Source: Balanoglossus misakiensis
Lineage: Eukaryota; Animalia; Hemichordata
Length of the DNA: 64,000 bases
Direction: 5' to 3'
Assembly (NCBI GenBank): GCA_040954595.2
Contig: CM082591.2
Location: forward strand, 11,611,309-11,675,308
A program made the translations under genes and the position numbers. Positions 1 to 10,546 of this stretch are shown here, piece after piece (the stretch's first letter is position 1; every line of letters starts with the position of its first letter). Under the pieces are notes generated by a model, which was given only the letters and a program-made list of their open reading frames with translations, did no database searches and was not told the DNA's origin.

Positions 1-111
1 TAACTGTACTGTAGTGTTATTAACACCAATGGACAGTCTCAAAAACTAGGCTGATCTGAATTTAAAATTTAAAAAAATCATCAATGGATTGCTGAAAATG
101 GCCTTTCATAT

Positions 112-400
112 GATCAAGACACCATTTATGTTATTCTACATGTGGATAGTGAATCAACGTTCGACCACACACAACTTCCATCCCACTTGTACACACAAGA
201 GTGAAAAACTTGTCAAAATGAATAATCAGTGTTTACCATTTATTCATTCTGTCGAGATTTTTACTCTCATATATATCCTCCAAGTTGTGTGTGGCCGAAC
301 GTTGATTCACTATATATCCAAATGTAGAATAACATAAATGGCGTCTTGTATCAAACATAATTAATAGAAAAAGGGCAGCAAAAGAGAGACTTTGTCCCTG
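112..400. mobile_element. Palindromic MITE remnant; same family at ~17990-18243
   Basis: Inverted arms ~112-180 and ~283-355; the right arm closely matches 18125-18240. Confidence 0.6.
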
Positions 401-1130
401 TAAGTATGTTGATACAAACATTTGCAACATATTAGTCAATAATTAGGTCTACGAACTTTCAATGTACATGTACTGCCAAGTGTACATGTTGTTATGAAAG
501 CTTGCCAACTGATTATGAACACGGACGTGTGGCAGGCGCCCAGATCTAGACGAGGTCTATGCATACGCGAGCAGAAAATCGCTCCCGCAGATTTTAATTT
601 GCGCAAGCGGAGCGATCACTCGCCTCAAAAGGTAAGGTCTGAATTACAGTGGAACACTGATTATCCGTACCTGTTGGGCGGGTTAGATTTTGTTCGGATA
701 ATTGATTTTTCGGATAATTGATTTTGGCACGTCCGAATAAAAGAAAATACTTTCAATGGCCTGCGAGCTGCAGATACCTGCGTAGTAGGTTACAATTTCG
801 AGTCAAAAATCCCCATATGATAGGTTAAAATGACATTGGGATGTGCACAAGGAGAGATACTGCAGCACTTGTCATGTACATCCACTTCTGGTTGCATATA
901 TATTCAATATGCATCTGGTTGTGTGCACAGGAAGGGAAAGTGAAAGAAACGATTGAAATGTTATTCCTATCATACACTGGAAGTTATACTTGGGTAACTT
1001 TCCTCTTCAAGGGGCATGTATGGCAGCGATGGGCCGCCATAAGCATGTACTTGTATAGTATAACGCTTTGTCTGCATGTGGCCTGGTGTCTGTTTATAGA
1101 CGTGACCAGATACACTGTGCACATCAGTCA

Positions 1131-1213
1131 TTAATCCTTTCACCCCCAGTTCCCTTTTAGAGGTCCAGCCTTACCATGGAAAATAATTGGTTTGGACTGA
1201 ACCATGGTGGTGA
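1131..1213. mobile_element. Short piggyBac-like MITE (~85 bp)
   Basis: Related copies at 4079-4158 (inverted) and 42363-42454; ends resemble TTAA-CCCTTTCACC. Confidence 0.6.
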
Positions 1214-1248
1214 TCAAATTGATCTGATCAAATTTTCCTCTGTTGTAG

Positions 1249-1389
1249 AATAATATGTGGGCGTCGTGTAAGAGTGGAATTGTCATCAGGAAAGACACGC
1301 CGTGGTCGTTATGGTAGACCGCCGCCGCCGCCAAGACGACCTTATTATGATGACAGAGACCGAGATCGTGACTATGATAAATACAGAAG
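1249..1389 (+). CDS. SRSF3: SRSF3-like SR protein, exon with the end of the RRM and the linker
   Basis: ttgtag|A ATA ATA TGT ... AG|gtatgt, phase 2/2, 141 nt. Translates IICGRRVRVELSSGKTRRGRYGRPPPPPRRPYYDDRDRDRDYDKYRR, resembling SRSF3/SRSF7 CGxRVRVELS. No zinc knuckle seen, so SRSF3-like. Upstream RRM exons are outside the window. Confidence 0.85.
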
Positions 1390-1480
1390 GTATGTTTACT
1401 ACTTGTAATTCATGTAATCTGCAGGACTGACCAAAGATTGCCATAATTAAATTTGCTGGAAGCATTTAGTATCAGTGGAA

Positions 1481-1618
1481 GTAGAGAGATGTTTTGATTG
1501 TCTAGAGTCGAGATGAGATTGCAAACAATATCTGCTCTAAAAGATTGCTGTCTTGCACATGCATTATTGTAATGAGTACAAATCTCAATATGGATATTTT
1601 AAAGACAGCAAAACATGC
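1481..1618 (+). ncRNA. Candidate intronic H/ACA snoRNA
   Basis: Hairpin tagagagatgtt/aatatctgctcta, H box AAAAGA 1539-1544, hairpin ttgctgtctt/aagacagcaa, ACA at 1613-1615; about 138 nt. Confidence 0.45.
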
Positions 1619-2014
1619 GCACACTACAAGGACGAGCGGCCACTGAATTGATCAGTTTAGAGTAACCAGTCTAGATTGAAGCATTCACCTTTATGTTCAC
1701 CTGATAACTGATTCCTTATCATGTTAGATTGTATCCTTCCCACAATTCCTTTCATGAAAATCTAATGACATATATGTAGCATAGTATAACAATTTATTGC
1801 TGATGAGGTGGTATGATTTTTCAACATGGCAAATTGAAATAGAATGGCTTCGTTTAGTAGTAACCATGTTGTGTAATATTATTTAGAAATTTGAGCACCC
1901 TATTTCCAAAATTGAGTACATCTGCCCTATAGGATTTTGTTTGATGATCATATTTGACATCATTTTGTATTTCTTTGGTGCTTACACAATAATAGATGTC
2001 CAATCCCGTACGTC

Positions 2015-2393
2015 ATGTACATACCAGTCTGATTAAGATCAGATGTAGAGTTTATAGATGCTACATGCTGTCTTTGGCTGTTCTGTTCTCGGTCCTTGTC
2101 TTGGCCACACTACATCTGAACTTATGCCACACAATATCTAATTTTGGCGAATGGATCCATTCGACCAATCACAGAGCGGTTTTCCTAATGGAAACTCGCT
2201 TTTATTGTTTAAGATCGCTTGTTTTTCCACACCTTCTGTTAAATCTTCTCTAATGACTGCGAAAGTGCGAGATGAAAACGAGATCTCCTGTGGCATAGGT
2301 TCAGATGTAGTGTGGGCGTCCCGTCCAAACAGATCAGCAAAGATAATGACAGCACCCAACACTATGTCTGATTTTAATCAGATTCATGTACAT
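2015..2393 (+). ncRNA. Long intronic structured RNA element
   Basis: Nested stems 2027-2052/2358-2383, 2066-2072/2348-2354 and 2105-2131/2289-2315; the deviations are almost all G.U pairs on the + strand. Confidence 0.6.
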
Positions 2394-2482
2394 ACCTACA
2401 TTGTTAATGTATCGCCAATGCTACCTTATGCAATCTCTTGTTAATCAAGTGTAAAATATATGAAATGAATGTTGGCAGATAT

Positions 2483-2627
2483 CTGGAGTGCAGAAAAAGT
2501 GTGCTCATGGTTTTCAACAAAACATCTTCAACTTCAGAAATGAAGAGAGAAAATTATAATGGTTTGAGCTTGGTACTGTGTGACCCCATTTATTTTTGCA
2601 AAAGCATGGTTTCAACCAATTACAATT
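2483..2627 (+). ncRNA. Second, weaker H/ACA-like candidate
   Basis: Stem ctggagt/acttcag, AAATGA H-like box 2538-2543, second imperfect hairpin, ACA at 2622-2624. Confidence 0.3.
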
Positions 2628-2790
2628 AAGGTGAAAGATATAAGAGATCTTGTGACGTCCATTGATAGAACAAGGAGAAAAGACATTTGATATGTGCCTT
2701 GCATGTGACAGAAGTGGTTAGGGTTGTTTTTCCTTTGTTTCTGTCATTTCTCTGGCATTATAATAATGATATGGGTGCACACCTTTTCAG

Positions 2791-3172
2791 GGACTAGCCC
2801 TCTCCAACAACTACTAGTACATCCAACCAACAAGTCTAGCTCATGCTGTACAACTTCGTTCAACATGAATCCAAAAATGTTCAACTCAACTTCGACCTTG
2901 GGCCCATCACCTTCACCTCCACCACTTCAGTGTTGTTCAACATCATGCAACATTTACGAGCATGCGTAAAGCGATTCTGCCAACAAGCCACGCCACGCCA
3001 CACCGCCACCACCACCACAACTACTACTACTCCAGCCCTCAACAACAACAACAACAACTACTGCCACCTTTTGATTTCTAGCAACACACCGCCAACGTCA
3101 ACCTTACCCATAAGTTGTAAGGTTGAACATTTCTACCCTGTAGCGATGAAATCTGCTATGTTTCTGAGGAAG
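2791..3172 (+). other. Candidate poison (premature stop) cassette exon of the SRSF3-like gene
   Basis: ccttttcag|G GAC TAG gives an in-frame stop at once; donor AG|gtagga at 3172/3173; rich in ACAAC/TCAAC/ACATC motifs; lies in the intron equivalent to the one holding the vertebrate SRSF3/SRSF7 poison exon. Confidence 0.6.
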
Positions 3173-3961
3173 GTAGGAGGCTTGATATAGCCACCAAAAT
3201 TCATTCCTGGTCAAGCTGGAACCTCGAGGCTTGGACAGACCCACTCATTTCAATTTCAACAGTTAGAACTTTAACTAAGTAGAAACACTATTTTTGACAA
3301 GTCCGCTTTCTAGCAGTGTGTTGGAACATCGTCCTGTTGTGGACAAAATTAACAGTTTCATGTTTTGATTGTGTCATGAAAGTTTCATAATTGGAGATAT
3401 TAAAGAAGAAAAGTTCGTTTTTTGCATTCAGACAGAAAAGCTTTAGCGTATGAAATCCCATTAAAAGAAGAAGTTAAAACTTTACATTCTCCTGAAATTG
3501 CTTATGCAAAAGCAAGATTTCAGTTGTTCAATGTTTTTGTGAGAAAAAACGAAAGAATGATAGGACTAGAATGTATCCGGTTTATTAAACAAAATAATGT
3601 ACATGTAGCTGCATGAATTTCATGATACAATCAAACCATAGGATGTTTGTTTTAGCTCAACATACAAGTGGATTGGCGGAATGACACATCATATTGCATG
3701 TGGTGGTAACTGGTGCCTTGTGTAATACTCTAAGAAGAAAATGCATTTTTAGATCAACTTTATCTATGTAGACAAATTCAAAACAATGAATTTTACTGGT
3801 GATTTTGTTTGGTCCTTCAAGTTCACAATTTAATAACATCAATATATTGGTTAGGTCATTTCTTCTCAAAGCAAACATGGTTGGAATATTACAATAACAA
3901 TGCAACTCTGAGATAAAGGTCTTTTTGCATCATCCCTATTAACATAATTGTTATTGAATAG

Positions 3962-4057
3962 GTCGCCAAGGTCGCGGTCACGTTCTCCAGTGCGGCGCAG
4001 ACCCAGGCGTAGTCGTAGTCCAAGAAGTCCAAGAAGTCGCAGCAGAAGTGGCAGCAG
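3962..4057 (+). CDS. SRSF3: SRSF3-like RS-domain exon
   Basis: gaatag|G TCG CCA ... AG|gtaaga, phase 2/2, 96 nt; SPRSRSRSPVRRRPRRSRSPRSPRSRSRSGSR. Confidence 0.85.
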
Positions 4058-4078
4058 GTAAGATACTAACCCTTTAAG

Positions 4079-4158
4079 TTTCACCACAATGGTTCAGTCC
4101 AAACCCAATGTTTTCTGTGGTAGGGTTGACCTCTATTGAGGGAACTGGGGTGAATTAA
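4079..4158. mobile_element. Short piggyBac-like MITE, inverted relative to 1131-1213
   Basis: Reverse complement aligns by eye with 1131-1213. Confidence 0.6.
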
Positions 4159-4324
4159 AGAGTCCCTATCTGTAACTTCTGGCTAAACTTTCAGGGTGTT
4201 TTTGTTTTGAGCATCAATTGTGGTTTCTTGGTATACTCATAGAAAATAAAGAATTGTTCACTATTTTTGTTTTGAAGACAGCAAATTGTTATTGTTGAAA
4301 GTTGAATTTGAGTCTGGACTGCTA

Positions 4325-5013
4325 CAGTGAAGCTTAGGAATAGCTTTCCGCCTGCACCAACACTGGGTCAACTCTGTTTAAACACTGGGTCAACTCTGGG
4401 TTAGCACCCTATTGGCGCTCTAATTAGCACCTATTGGGCTTGTGTTTAACTGGGGTGTACCAAAACAATAGGGTGCGCCAAGGTTTAACACTGAACAATG
4501 CCAAGTGCCAGGGCCAACAGATTCACACCTTTGTAACACTTGTGACACATGGGCTAACACTGTGTGCCAAAAAACAATAGGGTGCGCCAAGGTTTAACAC
4601 CTTTGTAGCACATGCTAACACTGAACAATGTCAAGTGCCAGGGCCAACAGATTCACACCTTTGTAACACTTGTGACACATGGGCTAACACTGTGTGCCAA
4701 AAAACAATAGGGTGCGCCAAGGTTTAACACCTTTGTAGCACATGCTAACACTGAACAATGTCAAGTGCCAGGGCCAACAGATTCACACCTTTGTAACACT
4801 TGTGACACATGGGCTAACACTGTGTGCCAAAAAACAATAGGGTGCGCCAAGGTTTAACACCTTTGTAGCACATGCTAACACTGAACAATGCTAAGTGCCA
4901 GGGCCAGCAGATTCACACCTTTGTAACACATGAGCTAACACTGTGCTGACGCATTATAAACACCATGTCAGCAAGTTGTTAGCAAATTGGAAAGCTATTC
5001 CTAAGCTTCGCTG
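4325..5013. mobile_element. Tc1/mariner-type MITE with internal 130-bp tandem repeats
   Basis: 25-bp TIRs CAGYGAAGCTTAGGAATAGCTTTCC, TA on both sides; repeat units start at 4561, 4691 and 4821. Confidence 0.85.
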
Positions 5014-6350
5014 TATTTATTTGTCAAAAATAATGTCCATTACTCATATACAGACTTTATTTAGAAGCTACAGAATAAATAGTATTTCATAAAGTTTTCC
5101 AGAGTAGAACAAGTCACCAGAGTTGATAAATTTGAGAAAAAGATAAGCAAAGGGCAGAGTTTCTGTGATTTTAAGGTGGTTGGAAAGGCTAGGGCTTCGG
5201 TTTAATTTTCATTTAAAAACACTGAATTTGTATCTAGAAATGAATTTGAGAAAAATTAAAATTATGATTAAAGCTGTAAGCAGCATTGGAGGGGCCCAAG
5301 CATAGAGTTAATAACCATTAGACTCCCTTCAGGGTTGTACCATTCAAATGTGTTGGCTGTATTTGCTCGATGTGGAGATATGGGGAAGTAGGCAACCACC
5401 CGAAATGGATGTCCTACAAATACAAACACAACAACCAAAAGTGAACTTCTACGTTGCAAGTACTTCAGTAAGTACTTCAAAGGTCAGCTGAGGGTACCCA
5501 AAAATTAGGATTCTTATTTGGTTCATATTCAAGACAACGGAAAATCCTCGCCCTTTGGTATGGCCATAATATTAATAATGAGTTACGCAAGTACATGTAA
5601 GTTACAGGTGGCCCCAGGAATTTAGCATTTCATGACGCAGAGGGTCCTACCCTACCCCTCCAAACACCTGGCTATATATGATGTGCATGCTAACATATGG
5701 AAAGCAGGTCAATGGACATCTGATGTCACCCAAAAATTTGACAAAAAATTTTCATTCCTGTTTATGTCATGTGCAACAAATCCTACATTTGCAGCCCTTT
5801 CACTTTGCCTACCATTAGGTATAGCACGTAATACATGAATCAAGCAGGTGTCACAGGTATCCCCCTGTATTTGGCATTTCATGATAGTTTCATCCCTCCA
5901 AATACCAAAGCTGCACCTGTACAACGTGTTGAGATATGGCACTGTACGACAGAGGTCATCCAAATCACCTTGTACATTTGGGCAAAAACAAACTAACACT
6001 TGTGACCCGTTACGGGCGACCTGATAACCCCCACGACCACCTACGGGCCGACCCTCATACTGAACGTCCAGTTGCAACGTCACGACTGCCTGATCTCTGA
6101 TTATTGTTGGTACCATACTCCCTTCATGCAAGAAAATCACTGGTCTGCTTACGTATTTCAGCCGATTATCCGAACTACTACCCACTATAAGTGACTACCA
6201 TGCTAATGAAATCTGACTCGCACATTAACGAGTGAGGGTCAAAGTCCGCTGCCGCAATGTAAACCAGTGTAGCCGGGTCTGGATAGAAACATTTGAATGG
6301 CAACAGTTAACAAACTCCGCCCTAACACAGCCTGAACTCCGATAATACGT

Positions 6351-7529
6351 CAGGCCTCGAACTTTACTTTTTGGCTCACCTGCCCAATGGGCAGGTACAC
6401 TAAACAATTTACCTGCCCAACAATTTTTTTACCTGCCCATGCCAAGTTCACACATTTTTCAGTGCAGATCGTCATTTACATGTGACCTTCTGCCAAGGGC
6501 TCTAGTAACCGCTTTAATTTTAGTATTAAAATTTGGCCCCACACACATAAATGGCCCACCACAAATATATTCTGTATTTTCCCCAGGATGACCAAATTCA
6601 GAATTTCAGTTTCAGATCTATCATTCTTAGAAAATGGTTACTGATTAGTTCAAAAACATCCTAAGACATCTCAGATTTTGTATCCCGTGTTTTACTGCTA
6701 TATTGGTGATGGAATTTATTGTGTATTATATCAAATCGCACCAGTGCAAGGTATGAGAAATGCATTTTGAAAAAAAAAATCGGTTCACCAGTAGAAGTTA
6801 TGAGAGAAATCTATTTTGAAAAAAAATATCAGCAGGATCAGCTGAAATGTTTTGATTTAAAAATTTTCCCTTTTCAAGTATGTAATGTCATGTGCTGACT
6901 ATAGGTGTTCTGGCAAAATACATGAATTATTCACTGCTCTCTGGTCCATCTTGGATGTATTAGACTCCTGGCGGTGTCCTTGTCTTTCCTTTCCTTTCCT
7001 TTCCCACTTTGATGGCACACTAAGTACAAACTTCCTTCTAAGTTTTAGTAAACCCAAACTTTAAGACTCATTTTTATTCTATCAGGCAAACTTCAGAAGA
7101 ACAAAGCAGTAATTTATGCAAATATATCCGAGCTATATTTAGACACGCTTACGCAGTGAGCGCATGGCCTGGGCATGGGGTGGAAGGGGTCAGGTCGGGT
7201 TCACCAATGCGCGCGTACGTTGGCTTCTCCTAATTTACATATCAATCAATGAACTTTAATCGCGTAACCCTGCCAGCGCGTTGACGGCCGATTATATCTT
7301 CGATAAAATAAGAAAAAACGGCATATAAAGACACAAAACTTAGTTTTTTTCTTGAAATCTTTCTTTCTAAATAACTTTTACAATAGAATATTGATTCTGC
7401 AGTATGTTTTACTGATTTATTTGTGTATATTCACCGGCCCAATTGGGCCGACAAGACGTGAAAATAACCGGCCCACTATAAATATTTACCGGCCCGGGGC
7501 CGGTGGGCCGGCGTTAAGTTCGAGGCCTG
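6351..7529. mobile_element. Non-autonomous hAT-like element with 5-bp TSD
   Basis: TIR CAGGCCTCGAACTT; TACGT at 6346-6350 and 7530-7534. Confidence 0.8.
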
Positions 7530-9051
7530 TACGTTGTCCCGAAATTCATTCCGTGGAAAATAATCACTGGTCTGTTTACGTATGTCGATTTTCCAAGGAC
7601 TACTGCAACCCGCCAGAAGTGAGTACCCTGCTAATGAGACCTCCACAACATTACGTAATGACAGTCAAAGTCCGATGCCCCAGTGTTTGTCCTCAGCCCA
7701 CAAAAATGTGAAAAATATCACAAAAATCTTCTTCTCAAAATCGACGTGGCCTAGGACCTTGATATTTGGCACAGGGGATTTTGGCCACATGGTCTGCAAA
7801 AATCGCGGAAAGAATATACATGCCCCCATTAACATGCAAATTAGGTAAATTTGAAAATTTCACTTGATTATAGCCACCAAGTCACGTGACTAAATACAAA
7901 TTCAAAGGGTAGGTGCACCAGTACTCATGGGCCCCAACCGCCGTGCCAAGTTTAATAAGCGCAGCTGCAGGGGTTTCTGAGTAAAACATGGCCGAAAAAA
8001 CGACTCAAGAAGCAAGAAGAAAAACTCCAGCAATAACAGAAGGGGCCCTAATAAATTACGAGGTCAACATGTGGCCGATTTCATCATGTGCAGTAAATAA
8101 AAAGCACATGGGTCAAAACCATGCATTGTCTGCTCAGGTCAAGTTTCAGGCATTCTGATATACGTCGTGGTGTCAGAGGTGTTTCCTGCACCAAAAACTT
8201 AGAAGACAAACTCAACACCTCCTGCCAAACTCAACACACACGCAAAACCGGAACTGCAACTTTATTCACAAATCTGCAGAATTCCCATGCAAAAAAGTCA
8301 ACATACACATCCATTTATCGCACCGTGATTTCTTTGGACTTTCACCCTGCCATGTCTTCGCTTGATAGCGTCAGGTTTGCAACACCTTGTTGCCAAATTT
8401 ACAGATTGTCAAGGTAATCAAACAACAGGCGTTTTATTACTCAGCGTATCACTAATGCCGGGGAGGTCCGTCTGCGCCGATTGCGTAACCTGGCACACGT
8501 ACTGTAACTAATTATTTAATTAACTCATTAGAGCTGCGTCTTCCGGCGTGTAAGGGCGCGCCGGGGAGCGTCGCGGCAAGCCCCCCTGTTTGATTTTGAC
8601 AAGACCCCCAATTGAAGTTGTCATTACCAAAATTATGCAAATTAGCTGGAAAAATGTGAATTTGGTCAAAACTCAGTAACTCAAAAACTACTGGTCAGAT
8701 TGCTTTGCAAAGTGGTGTGTATTTACTTTATTGAATTCTTTTAATTAAGGAGGAACCCCGCCTGATATATACCGTAGTTGCTCGGGTAAGAGCCCCTGTG
8801 CGGGCAACGCCGCCTATGGTTTTAGGGCCCATTTAAATTTCGAGGTTATATCCGGTCTAAAGCTGTTCTATTTAGTGTATGTACAGTACATATGCCATTG
8901 GCAGCTTATTGGTCAGTCAGTGTTTGCCCGTTGATCTGTGTGTGTGTGTCTGTCTGTATATGGCCAGTGTAGACTTGTTCTTGTGTAATCCCTAATGGGA
9001 CCACCATGTCCTTGACGCGATTTTTGAATCACTTGGGATTTTATATTTCAG

Positions 9052-9114
9052 GGGCCGTAGGTCTAATGATCGGAAGAGGTCGTACTCCCGTGAACGCAAA
9101 TCTCGTGAAAGGAG
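9052..9114 (+). CDS. SRSF3: SRSF3-like RS-domain exon
   Basis: tttcag|G GGC CGT ... AG|gtatgt, phase 2/2, 63 nt; GRRSNDRKRSYSRERKSRER. Confidence 0.75.
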
Positions 9115-9757
9115 GTATGTTGAGAGAGAATTCTTGTAAACTTTCGGATAAAAATAGGCAGTCGCCAAGCAAACTTTTGATTGGGGAGATCAGGATTGTC
9201 TGGAATTTGAAATGGCGGTCATACTGTGTTAGGTCTATGGAGAAACATGTACCGGTTTTTATGAAATTAAACATTTTCCTTATTGATTTCAAAAAGATGG
9301 ATTGCACTTACTTGAAAAATTTAAAGATTTTGAGACATACATGCATTATGTCTGTCACTGAGGTACGTAGTAGTACAACCATATATCAAAATTTCTGCAC
9401 CAGTCATCAGTGTTGCAGCCAGAGCGCGCCCTTGCGACAATGTCCCCAAAACTGAAGCCACGGGCGCACTTTCTGGCATACTGCGGGTCACCACGGGTGC
9501 ACTCATAGTGAATGAGTGTAAAAATAGCCGGCGCTAAAACACATTGTTTCCTGATAGCTGATGGGTATGGGTGTATGCGTACAAAGAGATTCACTTGTCA
9601 CAGTTTATGACCTTACAACCTGTAATCGATACTGATAACATCTTCATAGCAAAGTTGTAGCAAACTTGGTTTATTGTTGAATTTGATACAGTTTACGTAC
9701 AAGCAGCCACACTCTTGGGAATTGTAAGTAACACTGGATATCACGCCGCCTATATCG

Positions 9758-10300
9758 GGCTAGTTATACTTTGCGAAACTGCGAAACAACGAAACATGGC
9801 GATACCATTATTAAAATAGAGGCCAGTCATCAAGACGGTGGCGTATGATTTTTTTAAAAGTTTCCAAATTAAAACGTAAGCGAGCCAAGAAAACTACAGG
9901 TCAGATAAATTGTTTTCTCGGAAATTCAACATTAGAATCAAAGTTGGCGTTGGAAACAAAGGGCGGGTCGCCAGTTCCTGGTCTGGGGACTGGTACTAGT
10001 GGTTGAGTGCAAACGATTCATGCCAAAATGCTACATATACACAGTGAATATACGCGCGCGCACAACGAAGCCACAAAAGATCGAAACCTCAAAATGCGGC
10101 AGCAACTGACACTATTTCCTTAAATACCACAAGGCGGGAGAGGCATGAATTGCAATTAAGATAATAAAGAAATTTCGACAGTGATACTGTGTTGTGTGAG
10201 TTACATGTGTTTCTATATATAACTACTACTCTTACCCCCCATCAGTGTTTGACCCTCGAAAGCTTACGTACACTACTGCTTTGTTTCAACTAATCCTTAG
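9758..10300. mobile_element. Fragment of a TIR element starting GGCTAGTTATACTTTGCGAAAC
   Basis: The same terminus is inverted at ~32480-32607 and ~36345-36373; the block 10063-10300 is repeated at ~32165-32407. Confidence 0.65.
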
Positions 10301-10546
10301 ATACGTGATTTGAACAATTTGTACAGAGTGAGTGTTTTATTAAAACCATCAAATTATACAATTTTATTTGGTATGTCATTGTATGTTTGTGTATGTGTAA
10401 CATTTATGCATGGACATATGTCCATGGTTTATGTTGTCCCCAAAATATGCAAAATGTCCCCCAAAATAAATAGTGGGGGACACAGTGTCCCCTGCTGTTA
10501 TAGAATTCCTGGCTGCAACACTGGTCATGTTTTTCACTCTGCTTAA

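Noticed and set aside
536-631. Possible SR-gene exon ending AAG|gtaagg
   Set aside because: No pyrimidine tract, no RRM similarity, and it abuts a pogo-like terminus at 647.
1990-2630. Telomerase RNA (long structure plus H/ACA-like end)
   Set aside because: No CTAACCCTAA-type template on the + strand.
2843-3190. 115-aa ORF with Thr and Asn runs
   Set aside because: Arises from CAA/CAC-rich low complexity in the candidate poison exon and is preceded by a stop in the spliced frame.
5709-9594. ORF-track entries of 60-158 aa in SR-gene introns
   Set aside because: No recognisable domains; most overlap repeats. Only 9052-9114, in a different frame, is supported.
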